Positions 7,230 through 16,808 of a stretch of 64,000 nucleotides of DNA are shown one piece after another. This stretch comes from a virus (taxonomy: Duplodnaviria; Caudoviricetes): the IMG/VR virus record IMGVR_UViG_3300037067_016568, positions 32,001 to 96,000 of that record. One strand, written 5' to 3'. The position numbers and the translations under genes are program-made. Positions within the stretch are counted from its first letter, which is position 1. Every line of letters starts with the position of its first letter. The notes under the pieces were generated by a model that saw only the letters and a list, made by a program, of their open reading frames with translations, did no database searches and was not told the origin of the DNA.

Positions 7230-7413
7230 TGAAACACGCGAAACGCATGAAAGCTTCGGTATGATCGGCTTTTTCCGGGGAGCTCGTGGAGGATCGGGCA
7301 CCAATCTCTTTGGATCATCTATTCGGCATCCTCATACAATTACATGTCGTATCAAGCGGGCGATGAAAGAAAGGCGCTTAAATCGAGATACGTGCAACGC
7401 ACCAATGAACTAG
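7222..7413 (+). pseudogene. Possibly truncated conserved phage protein (HESFGMIGF..LFGSSIRH..RRLNRD)
   Basis: Resembles the N-terminus of a longer phage protein family as I recall it; ends abruptly. Confidence 0.35.
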
Positions 7414-7479
7414 GTATTAAATGTCTCCAAGGCGGCGAATCACTGGCTCCGCCACCGGCCATAGAAGTCGAGGGCTAAT

Positions 7480-8010
7480 ATGCGAATAATCTATCAGAAT
7501 AGCTACGAGAAATCGCATGCTGACGTTTTTGAGGCTAGGATTGCCGAGATCAACTTCGGGGGATATGACGCAGCAGATTTTGATGAATGGACCTCAACCG
7601 TTCTCAAAATGTTCAAACCCAGATCGCGTACAGCAAAACAAATCGCGGTGGAGATGGGTGATCTGTGCATCAAAGAATCACCCACGCATCCAGCGCCTCC
7701 CAGCCGGATTTTTAGGGTCCGCAATCCGGCTGGGTTATTTTGGTATGTTGATATCATTCCTGTGACAAAACAGTTCCTTTTTATTCTAGATAAAGAGCAC
7801 ACGGAAGCTATCTCACCAGATGAAGGTATAGCACGTCTTATCCACAAACAGACAGGTCATAAGACTAGGAGCGTCGTATCAGGCGATTTGTCGACTGTGA
7901 CAGTGGAAACAGGACATGGCACTTTCACTACCGTCGATACTCGCACACAAGAAGATCGTAAAAAAGAAGGCAACGAAACGCTAAAACGTTGGACTAATGA
8001 TACTAAATAA
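7480..8010 (+). CDS. Hypothetical protein
   Basis: ORF with GAGG RBS. Confidence 0.65.
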   Translation: MRIIYQNSYEKSHADVFEARIAEINFGGYDAADFDEWTSTVLKMFKPRSRTAKQIAVEMGDLCIKESPTHPAPPSRIFRVRNPAGLFWYVDIIPVTKQFLFILDKEHTEAISPDEGIARLIHKQTGHKTRSVVSGDLSTVTVETGHGTFTTVDTRTQEDRKKEGNETLKRWTNDTK

Positions 8011-8491
8011 CCAACGCCTTCAAGGGTGCAAATCCGAGCATGAAGCATTACTACAGGAACATATAGAGCGCATGGTGCAGCTACAACGCAGCATCATCGA
8101 TGGCAAAGTAAAGTTCTGTGGGATTGAAGAACTCATATTAGCGCTTGGTCAGTTTGATACCGTTCAAGCGCTCCCGGCAGGCATATCTCGTGGCAGAATG
8201 AAACGATGTTTTCAAAACGCTTATCATCTAATGTTAGAGGGCTACGTTTACGTTGAAGGCATCGCAATGACTGCTACATGTCTTTTCCCCACTTTTCATG
8301 CTTGGTGCGTTGACGAAAATGGTGGCGTTATCGATCCCACTTGGCCTGATGGTGTAGCTTATCTTGGCGTTCATCTTCGACGAGAATTTGTATTAGAGCG
8401 AGTAATGAAAAAGGGCAGATATGGCGTGTTTGGCAATATAGAAGCACGCGACTTATACGAATATGGTTTACCTAAGGGTGTATTGACATGA
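7997..8491 (+). CDS. Transglutaminase/papain-like fold protein
   Basis: CFQNA...YVEG...HAW...IDPTW gives a Cys-His-Asp arrangement. Confidence 0.55.
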   Translation: MILNNQRLQGCKSEHEALLQEHIERMVQLQRSIIDGKVKFCGIEELILALGQFDTVQALPAGISRGRMKRCFQNAYHLMLEGYVYVEGIAMTATCLFPTFHAWCVDENGGVIDPTWPDGVAYLGVHLRREFVLERVMKKGRYGVFGNIEARDLYEYGLPKGVLT

Positions 8492-9597
8492 AGACTCTCA
8501 TCGTTGTTGGTGATTTCAATGATCAGGGTGGTCACGAATCTAAGTTTGGCAAAGAATTCGCTGCCGAATATATAAATCAAGGAAGCATCAATGACGGCAT
8601 TAAAAGCTATGAATGCACTGTGCACAATGGCGGCTGTTTTAGTGATTTGGAAGCCATAGACTTCCGTGAATATAATACAATCGTTTGGTTTGCAAACGTT
8701 CCAAATGATAAACCAAAATTGGTAAGGAGTATAAAGGAGACCAATCCCAAGTGCATGCTCGTCACTTCCAAACGCAATGACCTCGGCAAATACAGTTTAA
8801 CTCAACTGCTAGGCAGAGCATTGCAGACCAAAAGCAACTTGTTCGTCGAATTCAAACTGGACTCTACATTCGGAAGTCTCAACATAACAACAATTGTAGC
8901 AACAGTGTACGATCCGCTCGGTAACTGTTTTGTCAAATTGGTATGGCATATCCCAACACTCGTTTCAACTCTACTTCGCAGACTACGCGAGTTGCGCAGC
9001 TTCACCAGAGTCGGCAGCCATCAACTGGGTGAGGCCATTCCATTCCCAACGGATGAATGTGGTGCAGAATTCTTTAATCCGGTACGCCGCTATGCCGATA
9101 CATTTCACACTCTCATAGATGCGCCTACTGAGCGATTCCTCGGCAACGTTTCATTCCGATGTACCCACGGTTTCCCATCATTTCGCAGCAAAGCAGCTAT
9201 TTTCGTTTCCAAAAGAAACATCGACAAACGTGGTATCGATGAGCATGGTTTTGTGGCGGTAAGAGAGACGCCACAAGGTGTCGGTTATTATGGCCTTAAC
9301 AAACCATCTGTAGATACGCCGATTCAACTGGCGCTTTATGCAACGTATCGTCGGATCAATTTTATGTTGCATAGCCATACTTACGTGAAAAATGCCCCCT
9401 TCACCGGAAAGATCATTCCATGCGGTGCAATAGAAGAAGTTGATGAAATTCGGTCGCTCATTCCTTCTGCCGAATGTAATTGGTTCTTCATCAATTTGCT
9501 TGGTCATGGGAGTATTTGTGCAGTCGAAGACCCTGCTATGTGGGCTAATATCCCATATATTGCACGTCCGATGCCGGAACTGTATAATAGGAAATGA
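8488..9597 (+). CDS. Class II aldolase/adducin-domain protein
   Basis: C-terminal GNVSFR, KPSVDTPIQ, HSHTY and GHG motifs; ATGA overlap with upstream gene. Confidence 0.7.
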   Translation: MKTLIVVGDFNDQGGHESKFGKEFAAEYINQGSINDGIKSYECTVHNGGCFSDLEAIDFREYNTIVWFANVPNDKPKLVRSIKETNPKCMLVTSKRNDLGKYSLTQLLGRALQTKSNLFVEFKLDSTFGSLNITTIVATVYDPLGNCFVKLVWHIPTLVSTLLRRLRELRSFTRVGSHQLGEAIPFPTDECGAEFFNPVRRYADTFHTLIDAPTERFLGNVSFRCTHGFPSFRSKAAIFVSKRNIDKRGIDEHGFVAVRETPQGVGYYGLNKPSVDTPIQLALYATYRRINFMLHSHTYVKNAPFTGKIIPCGAIEEVDEIRSLIPSAECNWFFINLLGHGSICAVEDPAMWANIPYIARPMPELYNRK

Positions 9598-9598
9598 T

Positions 9599-9862
9599 AT
9601 GATTATCGATTGGTCATTATGCCAGTGCTGCGGCAAGCAAGCTAAACAGCGACGGATACCTACTCGCAAATACGCGGGCGGCGTGTTACTTCCTGACTTG
9701 TGTGACAAATGCTACAACGAGATCACCGCACAATTCCCAGATGGCGATATGGCCTATGCAGAAGTCAAACGACGAGAAGAGGAATTTAAGAAGAACTTTG
9801 TAATAACTGGCTTTGGGCTCTCATCCACGAATATGCCAAGCGAAAGGCATCTGCCGAAATGA
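9599..9862 (+). CDS. Small zinc-ribbon protein
   Basis: CQCC...CDKC; ATG 9599 follows the upstream stop. Confidence 0.55.
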   Translation: MIIDWSLCQCCGKQAKQRRIPTRKYAGGVLLPDLCDKCYNEITAQFPDGDMAYAEVKRREEEFKKNFVITGFGLSSTNMPSERHLPK

Positions 9863-10110
9863 TGGTGGAAGTCCAAAAGATGGACAATGCCTTAGAACAA
9901 TTCATCAACGATCCCAGTATGCCAAAAGAAGTACAGCGATTTGCGAGAGCAATGACGGACCCAGGATGCAATGAGTGTTGGGTTTCAAGCAAAATCAGCT
10001 GTAATCATCCAGAGTGCAATCTAAAAATCAAAGAATGGTTTGATGCAAGAGAAGCACTGATAACTTTCGGTCTTCAGCTAGACCGCACCGTCTTATCTTC
10101 CGTACGTTAG
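9859..10110 (+). CDS. Hypothetical protein (Cys cluster)
   Basis: ATGA overlap; CNEC..CNHPEC. Confidence 0.55.
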   Translation: MMVEVQKMDNALEQFINDPSMPKEVQRFARAMTDPGCNECWVSSKISCNHPECNLKIKEWFDAREALITFGLQLDRTVLSSVR

Positions 10111-10137
10111 AGACGTATTTGAAGGATCGAGATAATA

Positions 10138-10377
10138 ATGATTCACGTAGTCGGTAAGGCGGGGTCAGAAGTGATGATAAGCTATAACACAACGAAAGCC
10201 ACAGTACATGCGGCTACTAACAATGAAGAGATGATGAAATTCATCGTCAATAATAGGCCAATTGTAGTCTATCAATTCTGGATCGACACCGGCAAAGACG
10301 GTGCGCCCGACATGTATAAAATGTTATATAGTAAAGCCATTCCTGCACCTGAAAATTTCCTTCCCTCAGACGTCTAG
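10138..10377 (+). CDS. Hypothetical protein
   Basis: Co-oriented ORF. Confidence 0.55.
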   Translation: MIHVVGKAGSEVMISYNTTKATVHAATNNEEMMKFIVNNRPIVVYQFWIDTGKDGAPDMYKMLYSKAIPAPENFLPSDV

Positions 10378-11144
10378 TGTTTTTCACCCGACTTTTCTGT
10401 GTCAGAATAATTCTTTTCATGCTCCTTGACTTCCTTGTCGATTAGTGCTAATAGGTAGTCTTTCAGAGCCGCCCAACATTCTTTTTCATTGGGTTCTTCT
10501 TCTGTCTTACTATTTGAATCGGGCGAGCCCCATGTATCTCCATGCTTAATTAAATGGCGATTCCCTTGATCACGATCAGGAATAAAACAGAAATATGGGT
10601 TTGTATGATAAGTATGACCAAAAGCATATCCATCCCATAGTTGACACCGAAAATAGATTGATGGTTGCTCCCAGTCCCCACCTCCTTTTCTCATCTGACA
10701 ATGGAAAACGCACTTTTCAGGCAGAGATAAACGCTGCGGAAGTGATATAACTCGATCAGATATATCGTCATCGTTTTCTAAGTTAAAGCGAACACCAAAT
10801 TCCTCTGTGGCTTCTTGAAACTTGTCTTGCCACATCGGCTTCGCAATAGCATCATACCCAAAGAATTCGTCTTCTTCAGTGAGCAATGTCTCAATAGTCT
10901 GATCAAGCTCGTCTAGTTTGGTAGGAACCCAACCATATTCGGACTCTGTGAATAAATAATTGCTATTGTTGGCTAGCATCTCCTCGAATATGTCTTCAGT
11001 AATGACTATCCGGTATGAGGCGCAATATCTATGAAATTCCTCGAATCGGATCATCCCAACTGATGCAACATAATTATTCAATAGCTGCTGCGGTTGCAAA
11101 CAAATCTCTTCGCATATTGTGCTAGATACATTTAAGATACTCAT
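10374..11144 (-). CDS. Hypothetical acidic protein
   Basis: 256-aa ORF with GGAGG RBS. Confidence 0.75.
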   Translation of the reverse strand: MSILNVSSTICEEICLQPQQLLNNYVASVGMIRFEEFHRYCASYRIVITEDIFEEMLANNSNYLFTESEYGWVPTKLDELDQTIETLLTEEDEFFGYDAIAKPMWQDKFQEATEEFGVRFNLENDDDISDRVISLPQRLSLPEKCVFHCQMRKGGGDWEQPSIYFRCQLWDGYAFGHTYHTNPYFCFIPDRDQGNRHLIKHGDTWGSPDSNSKTEEEPNEKECWAALKDYLLALIDKEVKEHEKNYSDTEKSGEKH

Positions 11145-11224
11145 TCGAGCCTCCTGGACCTCGTTATATGTTTGCCTATGAAAGATAATTAGTAGGTAGA
11201 TACGTTAAAGAAAGACTAGAAACT

Positions 11225-14200
11225 ATGCAGACAAACCCACACATTCCTGTCTTCTTGTTATTGCCAGTCAATAACAATCGCACCGCCTACCGCCCTTTTA
11301 ACCTCCCGATGGTTCTGATGGAAACAGATCGTCGGGACTTATCTGGTGCATCTATACCAAATTCTGGTGTTATTGTTCAGAACTGCGATTGTGGCGGCGA
11401 TGTCGAATGTGAGTGCATGGGCGTAAAGACGACTACTTGTAATGAATATTGTAATGGGGCAGCTATAAGAATCATCATTGAAGACGTCCCACATAAAGCA
11501 CTTGTAGCAGGGCAAATTCCAATTGGGTTAATGTCGCCAGACAGCGAGATATACGCTAAAAACGTCTCTATGTCTGAGATGATAGACCGAATGATACACC
11601 CAGAGCTCCAGACCTTTTTTAGAGTAACTGGGATTGACAGCGACGGAAAGCAGATATTAACGCAGATTGAATATACAGAAGCAGTCGGCGGCGATCTGAT
11701 GCAATACACGACTGCATCAGGCTCGGTTGGCAACCTGACATATTATCCTACGGCTAATTATTATGATCTTAGTGATATAGCTATTGAAACTGAACACTTG
11801 CCGCCTGATTGGTATAATTTGACATACCAAGCAGAATATTATGCCAGAGTAGAGAGTAAATCGACACCGGGGCAATTAAACTGCATAGATCCAACAAGGA
11901 AAGCGACGTCGATATATAGATTTAGATTAAATCATCCCGGTCAAGTCATGCAGGAAACAGTAAATCTCACTCCTGCACCATACATGACTAATGACCAAAA
12001 GAGCGTCGACACAACGATAGAATTTTATCGTCCTTTTACAGATGCTCTGCAAGATATTTTCGATGAGCAATACCTTCTAGGTAGCGTGAACTGGGTAGAT
12101 TTCATTACGCCGCAATTCGTCCCGTACCTCTCGTTCTTGCTTGGATTGGATTTACCTTATTTCCCGCAGAGCTTATATAGCTTGCGAAAGACGATGCTGC
12201 GTAATGTTGTGCGACTACAGCAGTTAAAGGGCTCACGTAATGCTATCTATGACTTATTTGAATTGTTCGGATATATCATTTACATCAATAAGCTCTATTG
12301 GTCTAGCGACGGCAAGCGACTGATTCGACCTGGAGAAAAACTACCGCCAGCTTATGCTGATCAAGAAATACAAATAGAAAAAGTATGTCAAATTGAACCG
12401 GTTCTCGCTGGATATAATAAGAGTGGATTCGGTGAGTTAACTGTCCCACTGTTGTATCGGCCAACTTACACAGAAGAACTGCAAGGTATCGTCAATGTTG
12501 TCGAGGGCGGCGATGTCATCATTAATGCATATCTGATACGAAAGAATGCATATGGTAGTGGCACAGTTTCTACAACTAAAACAACTGAACTTGTCGGTAC
12601 GAATACGACATTCCTTACCGATTTCTCCATCGGTGACACAATTACCGTGTCCGGAGAAACAGCGAGAGTAGTCGCCACTATTACTGACGATACTCATCTG
12701 ACAGTAACAACTGCATTTCAAAACACTACGACAGATATATCTTATACATATATTAGCAAGACTTATAAAAAGTTAGAAGAAATTTCTATCGCTAGTCAAG
12801 AATGTGAAATGCCAATTATTCCAACTGATGGTTTAGATAGTTGGTCACAAGTTGTAATCGATAAATCGGCTAGCTATGCTAATCCCGATGAAGATGTTTC
12901 AACTGGCGATCAACCACCATTCATTCATACGGGTGTCAGGATTGATAGAAAGGCCAACTTATTATATCTCACTTTTAATGGTGCAATCCAATTTGATGAT
13001 AAATATGGCTTACAAGGTGTAAATGCTCCAAACAGCGAAATGCTGCTCTATGCTTTTGCTATCTATAGTCACGAAGAACTTGCCGTCCCTGACCAAATCA
13101 AGAATTATTACAGCAACCGATTCGATATACAATTATTAACAAAGGACGGCGAGCAAATCGGGGGCGACGTTTTAGAATTCTTAATTGATTATTTATTTAA
13201 GATTAAAGCATTTCACTCACTGCTTCATACTCTCATCTATCATGCTAACCTCAATGAGACCTATCAAGTCACTCCTTTCTGTGTTGGAGGAGATCTTGAG
13301 CAACGATATGACATAGACGCCGGTAAATTACAAGTGCCTCCTGCTATTCTTCCACAGGTGCCTGTTGGAGAATGCTCGGTTGATCCAAGCGATTTAGGCT
13401 ATAAACCAGAAGATATAGCATTACGTGAAAAGATATTGACCAATCTGCCCGAAGAGTTCCAAGCATGGGTTGATGTAGATTGGTATATGAAAATCAAACC
13501 GGCAATAGGAGCTACGGGGCCAATTTATATCGAACGTGATGTAACACAAATTGGTGATGAACGATTAGCCCCTACGCCTGCGAAAGACAACACAGATTGC
13601 AAATTCACATACCGAGGGCAAGATAGGCTCGTTCCAGCTGATACAGAAGAGATAGATGATGTCGTATATGATCCAACGCCCTTCGCAAACGATCAGAGCG
13701 TTGCAAGCCAATCGAATATGCATCTGTCTCCTATAACAAATGGTGTTCATGGCGTTTTCTATCCAACCGGAGCTGAAGCTACCACAAACAGCGATAAAGC
13801 AGAGTATGGGCCTTATGAGATAGAATTATCTATTAATCCTAATACATTCTGTGAATTGGATGGAATATCAGACTATTGTTATAAAGGCCGTGTTGAAGAT
13901 GAAATATTGCATAAGATGACCTTGGTGAGCACTGAGCAATATCAAGCATCACTATGTCAATTGAGCTTCGGTCATGGCATCTATTACGCTTTTCCAGCTA
14001 CGTCTGAGCTGACCAATTCAATCCAGGGGGCAGCATTAAAACAATCGTACAACGCGAATCTGCCGCCTGATAATAATAGTTTCTTGGGCCGTTTGCTTAG
14101 AGCATTCGACACCGTTCAGGGCGAAAACATCCATTACACAGATCGGCCATATCTCACAGAAAGCGTATCAGGCGAACAAAATCTGTTAGCTCTGCAACGA

Positions 14201-15442
14201 CCAGGTTTAAATATCCAACTGCCGCTAATGCACTTTCCGGGGACACGATTTGCCACCATTAATAAGTTAGAATCAGATTTTACACATCCCAAGTGGGCCG
14301 CTAAACCATGGGATGACAAATATAGCACAAGTTGCGGGCCTTATAATCAATCTTGTAAAAAACCAACATATCTCGACGCCAGATTAGTAGAGGGCACAGA
14401 TGGAGACACTCATTTGGTGTTCGATGATGTTCCTTTTACAATTGCTGCCAACGGCCTGCATCCAGACATACCAAGTTTTGGATCTCATCTGATTGATACA
14501 CAAAGCATATTCCACTCCGATGATGTAGTGCACGCTATCTATAGCACGCAGCCAATTGGAAATCCGGCTATATCATTAGAAAATATGTATCCTCCATCAC
14601 GAACATACACAACAGGCAAGGCTGATTATACGGTAGGTGGCGTCGAATGGATGTTCGGATATGTTTTTGATAGCATTCCGACAATCACTATTGGCCTAGA
14701 ATTGAAAAACTTAGCAGACAATATTTATACATTGTCTGCTAAAATCATAAGCGTTTCTGCGACTGCTGTGGTCATTAAAGTCTATAAAGCAGTCTTAGAT
14801 CTACCCGCTGATATCGTTTTTAGTGAATGCGCAGCTGGCGATGTTGTAGTCCACATTATGGCATCAGTGGCCGACACCATTATTAATACTACTGATTCGC
14901 CATTGTTCTCAACAGCTGCGTTATGCCACGACACTGTGCCATACTATATTGATTATATAGACGGCTATCCTGCGTCTTTTGGATATCAGACATATGAAGA
15001 TGATGACTTTGATCGCGACGGGACCAGAACAGAATTATTTAATGAATTGGATATTGATAGGTCCGTCCCGACAGGGACAGAAGTATTATTCTATTTCATA
15101 AGTGGAATACAATATCAAAAGGGATATCGCGTAGATTGCAACTGCGCAGCCTTGACTTGCGATGGCGGTACATCACCAACAGTAGAAATAAATGTCTTAC
15201 AATGCTCTATCGACAATTATAGGACAGACGCTCTGCCTTTTGAATTTTCTGATGGCATTGTCCGATATGGTTATGATTATAACCCCGATCAGGTGATAAC
15301 TGATATAACCCTAGATGCGCAAGAAGAAATTGGAGTCCATGATTTGGCTTTTGACGGTCAAATCATATGGGACGACGAGCGACAAGAATATCGTCAAATA
15401 AACATGCTCGAACTCTGTACTGGATTCCCAACTTGCATATAA
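11225..15442 (+). CDS. Large baseplate wedge / tail-associated structural protein
   Basis: P2 gpI-like segment YLSFLLGLDLP..LRKTMLRNVVRLQQLKGSRNAIYDLFELFGY; beta-rich GTNTTF module. Confidence 0.65.
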   Translation: MQTNPHIPVFLLLPVNNNRTAYRPFNLPMVLMETDRRDLSGASIPNSGVIVQNCDCGGDVECECMGVKTTTCNEYCNGAAIRIIIEDVPHKALVAGQIPIGLMSPDSEIYAKNVSMSEMIDRMIHPELQTFFRVTGIDSDGKQILTQIEYTEAVGGDLMQYTTASGSVGNLTYYPTANYYDLSDIAIETEHLPPDWYNLTYQAEYYARVESKSTPGQLNCIDPTRKATSIYRFRLNHPGQVMQETVNLTPAPYMTNDQKSVDTTIEFYRPFTDALQDIFDEQYLLGSVNWVDFITPQFVPYLSFLLGLDLPYFPQSLYSLRKTMLRNVVRLQQLKGSRNAIYDLFELFGYIIYINKLYWSSDGKRLIRPGEKLPPAYADQEIQIEKVCQIEPVLAGYNKSGFGELTVPLLYRPTYTEELQGIVNVVEGGDVIINAYLIRKNAYGSGTVSTTKTTELVGTNTTFLTDFSIGDTITVSGETARVVATITDDTHLTVTTAFQNTTTDISYTYISKTYKKLEEISIASQECEMPIIPTDGLDSWSQVVIDKSASYANPDEDVSTGDQPPFIHTGVRIDRKANLLYLTFNGAIQFDDKYGLQGVNAPNSEMLLYAFAIYSHEELAVPDQIKNYYSNRFDIQLLTKDGEQIGGDVLEFLIDYLFKIKAFHSLLHTLIYHANLNETYQVTPFCVGGDLEQRYDIDAGKLQVPPAILPQVPVGECSVDPSDLGYKPEDIALREKILTNLPEEFQAWVDVDWYMKIKPAIGATGPIYIERDVTQIGDERLAPTPAKDNTDCKFTYRGQDRLVPADTEEIDDVVYDPTPFANDQSVASQSNMHLSPITNGVHGVFYPTGAEATTNSDKAEYGPYEIELSINPNTFCELDGISDYCYKGRVEDEILHKMTLVSTEQYQASLCQLSFGHGIYYAFPATSELTNSIQGAALKQSYNANLPPDNNSFLGRLLRAFDTVQGENIHYTDRPYLTESVSGEQNLLALQRPGLNIQLPLMHFPGTRFATINKLESDFTHPKWAAKPWDDKYSTSCGPYNQSCKKPTYLDARLVEGTDGDTHLVFDDVPFTIAANGLHPDIPSFGSHLIDTQSIFHSDDVVHAIYSTQPIGNPAISLENMYPPSRTYTTGKADYTVGGVEWMFGYVFDSIPTITIGLELKNLADNIYTLSAKIISVSATAVVIKVYKAVLDLPADIVFSECAAGDVVVHIMASVADTIINTTDSPLFSTAALCHDTVPYYIDYIDGYPASFGYQTYEDDDFDRDGTRTELFNELDIDRSVPTGTEVLFYFISGIQYQKGYRVDCNCAALTCDGGTSPTVEINVLQCSIDNYRTDALPFEFSDGIVRYGYDYNPDQVITDITLDAQEEIGVHDLAFDGQIIWDDERQEYRQINMLELCTGFPTCI

Positions 15443-15487
15443 TCAGGAATCCAGTACAGGCAAATTTACAGTATTGGAGGACATCAA

Positions 15488-15964
15488 ATGGCAGCTGCAA
15501 ATAGCGTAGTCGGTTTTCTTTCCGGTCTGGTTTCTTACACCAACGGCGATGTTGGCAGTTTCCACTGTCAAATTGAATCACCAGATCTCATCAGCACCCT
15601 TGTGTGGAGTGTTGATGAAGATGACAGCAAAATTGTCACCGGCGAGATGTACAATGTAGATTGGTACTACCCACTTGCCAATCTTATTGCCGGAATCGGG
15701 CTGTCAGACGATTTCTCCTGGACATCTGGTGTCCCCGCGAATCCTCGCACAATCAGTGATTTGGTCATCCACTTGAATATGATCTTCACGTTGGATGATG
15801 GCACGCAGCAACCGGTCTCGGCCACATACGAAAGAGGCACCAGGACTTATCATACTCCTGGTATGCCTCTGTCAACACTGCCGAGCAACATTGACACCTT
15901 GCTCACCGCACTCACTGCGATGATAGACAAGGCTGTCACAGCTTGCTCCTTCGAACCCACCTAA
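15488..15964 (+). CDS. Hypothetical (probable virion) protein
   Basis: GGAGG RBS. Confidence 0.7.
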   Translation: MAAANSVVGFLSGLVSYTNGDVGSFHCQIESPDLISTLVWSVDEDDSKIVTGEMYNVDWYYPLANLIAGIGLSDDFSWTSGVPANPRTISDLVIHLNMIFTLDDGTQQPVSATYERGTRTYHTPGMPLSTLPSNIDTLLTALTAMIDKAVTACSFEPT

Positions 15965-16353
15965 ACGCGGACTCGAATAACATTAACGTCGTGGCAGCCG
16001 TCCTTCAACACGATTTGGCCATCTTGCACTTCGCAAATCGATCGGACGAATTCTAAAGCTTCGCCTTCGAAGTCGAGATCGGTGTTCATCTTGCCGTTTC
16101 GAAGTGGAACGACGAAATGTGGATGACCAGGATGCAATGTCTGCAGCAGAGATGCAGTCACATCACGTACCTCTGCTGGTGGTAAGTTGCCAACTTCCAC
16201 ATACATAACTGTCCGAATTGGTGTGCTCATATCATCTTTCTCAGTTGATCGAGCGAAAGCTTCAGGCGATATTTGGGGTATGTCGGTCTTGGGTACTGTA
16301 TCCTTAACTGCTGGCGGCACTGCCTGACATCCCTTGCATCTGCATTTGTCCAT
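15961..16353 (-). CDS. Hypothetical protein
   Basis: GGAG RBS; YVEVGNLPP motif. Confidence 0.7.
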   Translation of the reverse strand: MDKCRCKGCQAVPPAVKDTVPKTDIPQISPEAFARSTEKDDMSTPIRTVMYVEVGNLPPAEVRDVTASLLQTLHPGHPHFVVPLRNGKMNTDLDFEGEALEFVRSICEVQDGQIVLKDGCHDVNVIRVRV

Positions 16354-16446
16354 TGTCGTTCTCCATTATTTTCAAAAGTTACCACTTACAATAAAATACG
16401 TATTTCAATACTGACAACCAACAGAGCAAACCATAGGAGGTGTGCC

Positions 16447-16797
16447 ATTAAATCCGCATCGCAATTCCCTGTAAATCTAATAATTCCCGTCACCACAACA
16501 GAAGAAGAACAAATAGTTGAAAAAATTCTGTCCGATGCTCTACCCAATTACGATTTCTTGTCCAAAATCTATTATGAAAACCCGGACGAGACTCAACGGG
16601 CACGTCTCTTGATAAATGGAGAAGAAGTCAAAAGAGGAACCGTTGAACAAATGAAAGAAGCTTTCACTTTACAATCGAGCATCAACTCTAAAGCTAATAT
16701 TATCGTTCAAGAGTGGCAAAAACAGCCTTTATCAAATAAATCAGCCGGATTCGTGACTGTTCAGTCTAGAATAGTCAAGGTATATTTTACAAACTAG
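16447..16797 (+). CDS. Hypothetical protein, possible ATT start
   Basis: AGGAGGT immediately upstream of in-frame ATT at 16447. Confidence 0.5.
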   Translation: MKSASQFPVNLIIPVTTTEEEQIVEKILSDALPNYDFLSKIYYENPDETQRARLLINGEEVKRGTVEQMKEAFTLQSSINSKANIIVQEWQKQPLSNKSAGFVTVQSRIVKVYFTN

Positions 16798-16808
16798 GTA
16801 ACTACAGG

